NCBI GenBank assembly: GCA_964653155.1
Contig: CAZZDI010000005.1
Span: 3,605-37,764, forward strand
Length of the DNA stretch: 34,160 nucleotides
Origin: an uncultured Flavobacteriaceae bacterium
GTDB taxonomy: Bacteria; Bacteroidota; Bacteroidia; Flavobacteriales; Flavobacteriaceae
Direction of reading: 5' to 3'
A model generated the notes under the pieces. The model did no database searches. It saw nothing but the letters and a program-made list of their open reading frames with translations, and was not told the origin of the DNA. Of this stretch, positions 28,015 to 34,160 are shown one piece after another. Position 1 is the first letter of the stretch. Each line of letters begins with the position of its first letter. Position numbers and translations under genes: made by a program.

Positions 28015-28092
28015 ACGACTTGTTGCCAAAAAACAGTTTCTTTTTGAATAATTTTTAGTAAATTAGAGAGGAAACCAATTAAACGGAACGCC

Positions 28093-28323
28093 ATGTCGAA
28101 CTACATTAAAATTTATACGGGAGACTATGCCATCGTGCAACGTATTGTTTCCGCTCTGGAAAATGAAGGTATTATTCCTGTGGTAAAAGATGAATCGGAT
28201 TATGGATTGGCTCCTATATTCGGTTCAACCAACGCTTCACTTCATCAAATTTCGGTACATAAAGACGAAGTTGAAAAAGCCCTGCCCATTGTAGAACATT
28301 TAACTTCGGAACTTGAAGCCTAA
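28093..28323 (+). CDS. DUF2007-like putative signal-transducing protein (copy 1)
   Basis: 76 aa with the pattern IYTG...LENEGI..VVKDES...FG...ISVHKDEVEKA. Confidence 0.75.
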   Translation: MSNYIKIYTGDYAIVQRIVSALENEGIIPVVKDESDYGLAPIFGSTNASLHQISVHKDEVEKALPIVEHLTSELEA

Positions 28324-28376
28324 TACAACTAATAAATCTTCTCTTTAAAAGTGTAAAACCTTAAAACCCTATAGCC

Positions 28377-28607
28377 ATGTCAAACTACATTAAAGTATTT
28401 TCGGGAAATTTTATTGAAGTACAACGCATTTTTAGCGAGTTGGAAAAAAGCAATGTTTGTGCCATTATAAAAGACGAATCTGAATCGGCAAGGCTTGCAG
28501 GCTTTGGTTCTTCAGTTCAAGGTTATCAAGAAATCCACGTTCATAAAGATGAACTGGATCGCGCCGTAAAAACGGTTAAGAAATTAACTGCTGAATTACA
28601 GGAGTGA
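28377..28607 (+). CDS. DUF2007-like putative signal-transducing protein (copy 2)
   Basis: 76 aa with KDESESARLAGFG...IHVHKDELDRA. It has 33/76 identities to copy 1 without gaps (hand count). Confidence 0.78.
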   Translation: MSNYIKVFSGNFIEVQRIFSELEKSNVCAIIKDESESARLAGFGSSVQGYQEIHVHKDELDRAVKTVKKLTAELQE

Positions 28608-28626
28608 TAATAAATTCCATTTAACC

Positions 28627-28667
28627 AAAAAAACCTCGAAGTTTATCACTTCGAGGTTTTTCTTTTT
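28627..28667. terminator. Bidirectional intrinsic terminator
   Basis: AAAAACCTCGAAGT-TTATC-ACTTCGAGGTTTTT perfect 14-bp inverted repeat between convergent genes. Confidence 0.88.
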
Positions 28668-28684
28668 ATGATATATCTCAAAAA

Positions 28685-30310
28685 TTAAGCCGTAACCGCA
28701 TACATTTTTTCGCGGAGTTCCTTTATTTTTTTGTCCTGCATATAATCATCGAAAGTGGTGTAACGGTCTATCACTCCATTTGGTGTGAGCTCCACTACCC
28801 GATTCGCAACGGTTTGTGCAAATTCGTGGTCGTGCGTGGTAAACAACACGGTACCTTTAAAGTTTTTAAGCGAGTTGTTAAACGCTGTAATACTTTCTAA
28901 ATCCAAGTGGTTGGTCGGTTCATCAAGCATCAAAACATTAGCTCTTTGCATCATCATGCGCGAAAGCATACATCTTACTTTTTCACCTCCCGATAATACC
29001 GATGATTTCTTGAACGCTTCTTCGCCACTAAAAATCATTTTACCCAAAAAGCCTCGAATATTTACTTCTTCTCGTTCTTCTTCGGTTTTTGCCCACTGGC
29101 GCAACCAATCGATAAGGTTTAGATCGTTATTGAAATATTCACTGTTATCTAATGGCAGATAGGATTGCGTAGTGGTAACCCCCCAAGCAAACTTACCGGC
29201 CTCGGCTTTTTCCTTGTCGTTCAAAATTTGGTAAAATGCCGAAGTAGCCCTTGAATCTCTTGAGAACACCACCACTTTATCGCCTTTGGCCAAGTTTAAA
29301 TCAATATCTTTAAATAGCACATCGCCATCCAAAGACGCTGCCAACCCTTCAACATTTAAAATTTGGTCGCCCGCTTCGCGCTCGCGCTCAAAAATAATGG
29401 CAGGATAGCGGCGACTGGTTGGGCGTATATCAGCAATATTCAACTTATCAATCATCTTCTTTCTACTGGTAGCCTGTTTACTTTTGGCCACGTTGGCAGA
29501 AAAACGGCGGATAAACTCTTCTAATTCCTTTTTCTTTTCTTCTGCTTTTTTGTTTTGCTGTGCGCGTTGTTTTGCGGCTAATTGCGACGACTCGTACCAA
29601 AACGTATAGTTGCCCGAATAGTGGTTTATTTTTCCGAAGTCGATATCTGAAATGTGCGTACAAACGGCATCCAAAAAGTGGCGGTCGTGCGATACTACAA
29701 TCACACAGTTATCGTAATTGGCCAAAAAGTTTTCCAGCCACGAAATAGTTTCGTAATCCAGATCGTTGGTAGGCTCATCCATGATCAGCACATCCGGGCT
29801 TCCAAAAAGGGCTTGTGCCAAAAGCACACGTACTTTTTGTTTGCCATCCAAATCGTTCATCATGGTGTAGTGCAGATCTTCCTTAATGCCCAGGTTGGAG
29901 AGCATGGCTGCGGCATCGCTATCGGCGTTCCAACCGTTCATTTCTTCAAATTCTACTTGAAGCTCTCCTATTTTTTCGGCATTTTCATCGGTATAATCGG
30001 CATAAAGCGCATCAATTTCCGTTTTAATTTTAAACAATGGCTTATTCCCCATCAATACCGTTTCCAAAACCGTATGCTCATCATACAAATTGTGTTCCTG
30101 CTCTAATACCGACATGCGTTTTCCGGTTTCAAGCGACACATGGCCAGAAGTGGGCTCCTGTTTTCCGGAAAGAATTCTTAAAAACGTAGATTTTCCGGAG
30201 CCATTGGCACCAATAATTCCGTAGCAATTGCCATTGTTAAACGTGGTATTTACCTCGTCAAAAAGCACACGTTTGCCAAACTGGACCGAAAGATTTGATA
30301 CTGATAACAT
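28685..30310 (-). CDS. ABC-F family ATP-binding protein (YbiT-like ribosome-associated factor)
   Basis: Two ABC domains (GANGSGKST, DEPTN twice, LSGGE), an inter-ABC linker and no transmembrane segments. ATG 30310 was chosen because a TACTTTTG -7 element lies at 30339-30332. Confidence 0.92.
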   Translation of the reverse strand: MLSVSNLSVQFGKRVLFDEVNTTFNNGNCYGIIGANGSGKSTFLRILSGKQEPTSGHVSLETGKRMSVLEQEHNLYDEHTVLETVLMGNKPLFKIKTEIDALYADYTDENAEKIGELQVEFEEMNGWNADSDAAAMLSNLGIKEDLHYTMMNDLDGKQKVRVLLAQALFGSPDVLIMDEPTNDLDYETISWLENFLANYDNCVIVVSHDRHFLDAVCTHISDIDFGKINHYSGNYTFWYESSQLAAKQRAQQNKKAEEKKKELEEFIRRFSANVAKSKQATSRKKMIDKLNIADIRPTSRRYPAIIFEREREAGDQILNVEGLAASLDGDVLFKDIDLNLAKGDKVVVFSRDSRATSAFYQILNDKEKAEAGKFAWGVTTTQSYLPLDNSEYFNNDLNLIDWLRQWAKTEEEREEVNIRGFLGKMIFSGEEAFKKSSVLSGGEKVRCMLSRMMMQRANVLMLDEPTNHLDLESITAFNNSLKNFKGTVLFTTHDHEFAQTVANRVVELTPNGVIDRYTTFDDYMQDKKIKELREKMYAVTA

Positions 30311-30532
30311 AAAGGATTTTTTATTTTTTTGCAAAAGTAGAGAATTACATTGGTAAGACGAAACTTCGCCTCTCAATTATTTTATTAAATCGTTTTGTTT
30401 TCAGTTCTTTTTTTAGTTATTTGTACCCATTACATACTACTTTGATTAGGAAACATTTAACAGCGCATTAACAAGACTTTATAAATACAAGCAATACTTT
30501 TGTTTAAAAGAATATACTCTCACGACGGATTT

Positions 30533-31954
30533 ATGAAGCTTTACACTGCCTTTATTTTTATACTGATTACCGTTTTTTTAGGCTGTAAAAAGGAAAACAA
30601 CAACATTGCCAACTACGCCTATTTTGGTGGGGAAATTATAAACCCCAACACCAACTACGTTGTGCTCTCTAAAAATGAAACTGTAATCGATACCATTAAG
30701 CTTGATGGTAGAAATAGGTTTTTGTATAAAGTGAACGACCTTCAACAAGGCTTATATATATTCCTTCATGGTGGAGAGGAACAAATGATTTTGTTGGAAC
30801 CCAAGGACAGTGTTCTTTTTAGGTTAAACACATTGGATTTTGACGAGTCGTTGGTATTCACCGGTAATGGGGATAAAAAAAATAATTACCTTATAAACGA
30901 ATTCTTAAAAAATGAGAGAGAAGAAAAACATGTTGTTAGACTTTGCCAATTGGGGCCTGAAGCATACACAAAACATTTAGACTCCATAAAATCCCTAAAG
31001 ATCGGCAACTTAAACCATTTTAAAAACAAATATTCTCCTTCCAAACTTTTTCAAAAAATAGCAGAAGCCAACATTAACTATAATTATTATTCAGCCAAGG
31101 AAGTATATCCGTTTGTTCGCTATGGAAAAAATAAGGCCGAAACATTAAACGCATTACCAGAAGATTTTTATGCCTACAGAAGTAATATTGATTACAACGA
31201 TGAGTTTTCAAGCTCGGATTATAGCTATAAGGCTTTTTTAAGACGAAATATAAGCAATATTTCCCTTAAAGTTCACCACGACCATTCTGGCACTGAAGAA
31301 TTCAGCCATAAATCATTGTGCTACAATCTAGATAGGTTAGAACTCATAGACAGCTTAGTAGAAAACAATGAAGTGAAGGAATATCTGTTATATTATTTTG
31401 CCATGCGATATTTACCAATAAACAAAAATGAGACCAAAAACGAAAAGTTTTTAAAATCATTTTTAAGCAAAAGCAATAACGAAAAGCATAAAGAAACTTT
31501 GGCAAGCTATATCAAATCCTTAAATAATTTAAAAGAAGGCTTGAAGTTGCCCCAAATAGATGTTATAAATTACAACAATGAAGTTGTTAACCTAAATTCC
31601 CTTGTAAGCAAGCCTACGGTTATAAGTTTTTGGTCCCGTATTCTTTATAATCACTTTAATGATTCTCATAAAATGTTGCATACATTAAGGCAAAAATATC
31701 CAGAGGTAAACTTTATAACCATCAATATTGACGAATGTGGCATTGATAAACCAAAAAAAATATTGAATGCCCATAAATTTGATATGGTCAACGAATATCA
31801 ATTTAAGAATGTTAAGGAGGCCAAAGAAATTCTGGCCATTCACCCCATGACCAAAACCATAATTTTAGATAAGGATTCTAAAATTGTAAATAGCCATACC
31901 AATATATTTTCATCTCGCTTTGAAGAAGAGTTATTAGGCTTGATAAATAAGTAA
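30533..31954 (+). CDS. TlpA-like lipoprotein with a thioredoxin-fold C-terminus lacking CXXC
   Basis: Lipobox FLGC from ATG 30533. The C-terminal region reads KPTVISFWS...KYPEVNFITINID...TIILDKDSKIV. Confidence 0.75.
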   Translation: MKLYTAFIFILITVFLGCKKENNNIANYAYFGGEIINPNTNYVVLSKNETVIDTIKLDGRNRFLYKVNDLQQGLYIFLHGGEEQMILLEPKDSVLFRLNTLDFDESLVFTGNGDKKNNYLINEFLKNEREEKHVVRLCQLGPEAYTKHLDSIKSLKIGNLNHFKNKYSPSKLFQKIAEANINYNYYSAKEVYPFVRYGKNKAETLNALPEDFYAYRSNIDYNDEFSSSDYSYKAFLRRNISNISLKVHHDHSGTEEFSHKSLCYNLDRLELIDSLVENNEVKEYLLYYFAMRYLPINKNETKNEKFLKSFLSKSNNEKHKETLASYIKSLNNLKEGLKLPQIDVINYNNEVVNLNSLVSKPTVISFWSRILYNHFNDSHKMLHTLRQKYPEVNFITINIDECGIDKPKKILNAHKFDMVNEYQFKNVKEAKEILAIHPMTKTIILDKDSKIVNSHTNIFSSRFEEELLGLINK

Positions 31955-31957
31955 AAG

Positions 31958-32761
31958 CTATAGCTTATAATGGCCCATCAAGAGTTTCTCGTACATCTTA
32001 TCGGGAAGTATCCGTTTTAGTACAATTGAAAATTTCTGCATAAACTCCCCCACTTTGTAGTGCCCCTTTGGTTTTGGCGTGTTAATAATGTTGTAAACCG
32101 CTTCGGCCATTAGGTTTGGGTTACTTCCGCTATCAACATGCTCGTTCATCAATTTTAATGTATTTCCGTATGGTCTTTTGTACGGAGAATCGTCCAAAAG
32201 CGGCGCATGGTAACGGCCGGCCGCAATATTGGTCGCAAAATCGCCCGGTGCCACGTTGGTCATTTCAATATTAAAATCCTTCAACTCCATTCTAAAAGCC
32301 TCGGTTAAAAGTTCCAGAGCCCCCTTACTGGCACTATAAACTCCACGGTACGGCAAACCCATATAGCCGGCAATGGAAGTAATGTTAATAATAAGTCCCG
32401 AATTTTGTTTCCGCATTTGTGGCAATACGGCCTTTATCACGTTTATGGGGCCGAAAAAATTGGTCTCGAAATTGTTTTTTATTTCTGCTTCAGGGATTTC
32501 TTCAATAGGCCCGGTAATACCAGCGCCAGCATTGTTGATCACTACATCCAATCGGTTTTCTTTTGAAATGATTTCTGAAACCGTTTGTTTTATGGTACCG
32601 TTATCCTTCACATCTAAAGCCAAAATTGGAAACTTGCTGTTTTGATATTTTTCTGGATTTCGGCTGGTGCCGTAAACCTTAAAACCCTTTTCGGTTAAAA
32701 ATTCTCCCATAGATTTTCCTATTCCAGAAGAGCCTCCGGTAATCAAAACAACTTTAGACAT
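31958..32761 (-). CDS. SDR family oxidoreductase
   Basis: TGGSSGIG, NNAG and YSASK motifs. Confidence 0.93.
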   Translation of the reverse strand: MSKVVLITGGSSGIGKSMGEFLTEKGFKVYGTSRNPEKYQNSKFPILALDVKDNGTIKQTVSEIISKENRLDVVINNAGAGITGPIEEIPEAEIKNNFETNFFGPINVIKAVLPQMRKQNSGLIINITSIAGYMGLPYRGVYSASKGALELLTEAFRMELKDFNIEMTNVAPGDFATNIAAGRYHAPLLDDSPYKRPYGNTLKLMNEHVDSGSNPNLMAEAVYNIINTPKPKGHYKVGEFMQKFSIVLKRILPDKMYEKLLMGHYKL

Positions 32762-32850
32762 TGGTGAAATTTTTGAAGTTAAAGGTGCAATTAAACTAAA
32801 AAATCTTGATTCGCATAAGCTTTCAAGATTTAAATTTATGGTACAAAAAA

Positions 32851-32947
32851 AGGCAAGCTACCTACATCACACCGCTACGACCATTTACCTTTGCTTCGTT
32901 CCCGACCTGGAGGATTCAACAGGAGCTGGTTGTGTAGGACTTGCCGA
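32851..32947 (-). ncRNA. ffs: Signal recognition particle RNA (small type, 4.5S)
   Basis: The minus strand reads GGCAAG...CAGGTCGGGAACGAAGCA...CTTGCC, which contains the helix-8 motif and self-complementary ends, followed by a T-run. Confidence 0.92.
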
Positions 32948-32950
32948 GTG

Positions 32951-32980
32951 CAAAGATACAACCTTTTAAAACTTTGGCAA
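32951..32980 (-). promoter_or_regulatory. Promoter of ffs
   Basis: TTG (32980-78)-N19-TATCTTTG (32958-51), immediately before the RNA 5' end. Confidence 0.75.
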
Positions 32981-33035
32981 TGATTTTTTAAACTGATTTT
33001 TAATAAATATCTTGCCCAAAATTACATTTCAAGCC

Positions 33036-34070
33036 ATGAAAAGATCCAAACATCTAACAATCATATTTTTAAGCGTACTAACTTTTAGCTGTGGCTCCAA
33101 CACCGGGAATAAAAAAAGTGATTTCGATATAAAAAGCAATGCCGAAAAGGGAAACATTTCAAATTCCGAAACCCTTAAACTCACTTTAGAAAACAAAAAA
33201 GAACACCAAATCGATTCGGTTATCTATTCCATAAACGATAAAAAAATATCTCCTAACCTACCGCTTAACGATTTCAAACTGGGCGAACACACCATTAAGG
33301 CTAGCGTTTACTATAATAGCGAAAAGCAAACTACCGCAACATCACAGATCACCATTTTGAATAGTGAAACGCCTAAAATTTATAAGTTCAATATTATTAA
33401 CGAATACCCACACGATATCACTTCCTATACTCAGGGCATCGAATTTTTTAACGACACCCTTTACGAAAGTACCGGGCAGTACAAAGAATCGAAACTCCGC
33501 AAAGTAGATTATAAAACCGGAAAGGTGATTAAAAACATCAACTTGGCCGATGAGTACTTTGGGGAAGGCCTCACTATTTTAAACAACAAGGTTTTTCAGC
33601 TTACATGGCGGGAAGGCATCGGTTTTGTTTACGACGTTAATACCTTTGAAAAACTGGAAAACTTTAAATATGGAAATAGCAAAGAAGGTTGGGGCATTTG
33701 CAATGATAACGATGTGATTTACAAAAGCGATGGCTCGGAAAAAATTTGGTCGCTAAACCCTGAAACTTTGGTGGAGGAAGATTACATTCAAGTATGCACC
33801 AACAAAGGAAAAATTGTGGGCATTAACGAACTGGAATGGATCAACGGAAAAATTTATGCCAACCGTTACCAAAAAAACGGTGTGGCCATAATCAACCCTA
33901 AAAATGGTGCGGTTGAGGGTGTTATCGACTTTACACCTCTAAAAGATAAAGTGACCCAGCACCAAGGTTTGGATGTGCTTAATGGCATTGCTTACAACCC
34001 AAAAACCAAAACCATTTTTGTTACCGGAAAACGATGGGATAAACTGTTTGAAGTGGAAGTTGTGGAATAA
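33036..34070 (+). CDS. Glutaminyl-peptide cyclotransferase (plant/bacterial beta-propeller type), lipoprotein
   Basis: Lipobox TFSC, YTQG, ESTG, FGEG, EGWG, NELE, LNGIA and TGKRW motifs. ATG at 33036. Confidence 0.92.
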   Translation: MKRSKHLTIIFLSVLTFSCGSNTGNKKSDFDIKSNAEKGNISNSETLKLTLENKKEHQIDSVIYSINDKKISPNLPLNDFKLGEHTIKASVYYNSEKQTTATSQITILNSETPKIYKFNIINEYPHDITSYTQGIEFFNDTLYESTGQYKESKLRKVDYKTGKVIKNINLADEYFGEGLTILNNKVFQLTWREGIGFVYDVNTFEKLENFKYGNSKEGWGICNDNDVIYKSDGSEKIWSLNPETLVEEDYIQVCTNKGKIVGINELEWINGKIYANRYQKNGVAIINPKNGAVEGVIDFTPLKDKVTQHQGLDVLNGIAYNPKTKTIFVTGKRWDKLFEVEVVE

Positions 34071-34098
34071 AAAATCTTTTAAAAGTTTAGAAGAAGCC

Positions 34099-34124
34099 AC
34101 TATGGATTGTAAATCCATAGTTTT
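34099..34124 (+). terminator. Intrinsic terminator after the glutaminyl cyclase gene
   Basis: ACTATGGATT-GTA-AATCCATAGT stem followed by TTT. Confidence 0.65.
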
Positions 34125-34160
34125 AGTTAATGAATGAAATTCATTTTAGAGCATAATGTT

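Noticed and set aside
1-34160. Mobile elements, prophage, CRISPR arrays, tRNA or rRNA
   Set aside because: No transposase, integrase or phage-like ORF, no repeat-spacer array, no cloverleaf and no obvious compositional island was seen by eye.

Overview
This AT-rich, mostly housekeeping window is most likely from a Flavobacteriaceae (Bacteroidota) chromosome. The assignment rests on TAnnTTTG promoters, starts without Shine-Dalgarno sequences, a stand-alone pheT, a fused E1 alpha/beta subunit and many lipoproteins. It holds about 30 genes: thrABC, pheT, pdxH, nnr, the SRP RNA ffs, an ABC-F ATPase, an SF2 helicase, two EamA transporters, two TlpA-like lipoproteins, tandem DUF2007-like paralogs and a glutaminyl cyclase. 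There is also an operon of 2OG-Fe(II) oxygenase, SUI1, DUF1835, nucleoside phosphorylase and a solute-binding-fold protein. No transposase, integrase, phage gene, tRNA, rRNA or CRISPR array was seen. The most interesting signals are non-coding or tiny. One is a Thr-codon-rich leader ORF with alternative hairpins in front of thrABC, a candidate threonine attenuator. Another is a candidate sRNA or structured 3'UTR downstream of a CAP lipoprotein gene, complementary to that gene's own 5'UTR. All family calls come from motif recognition by eye, and no database searches were run.
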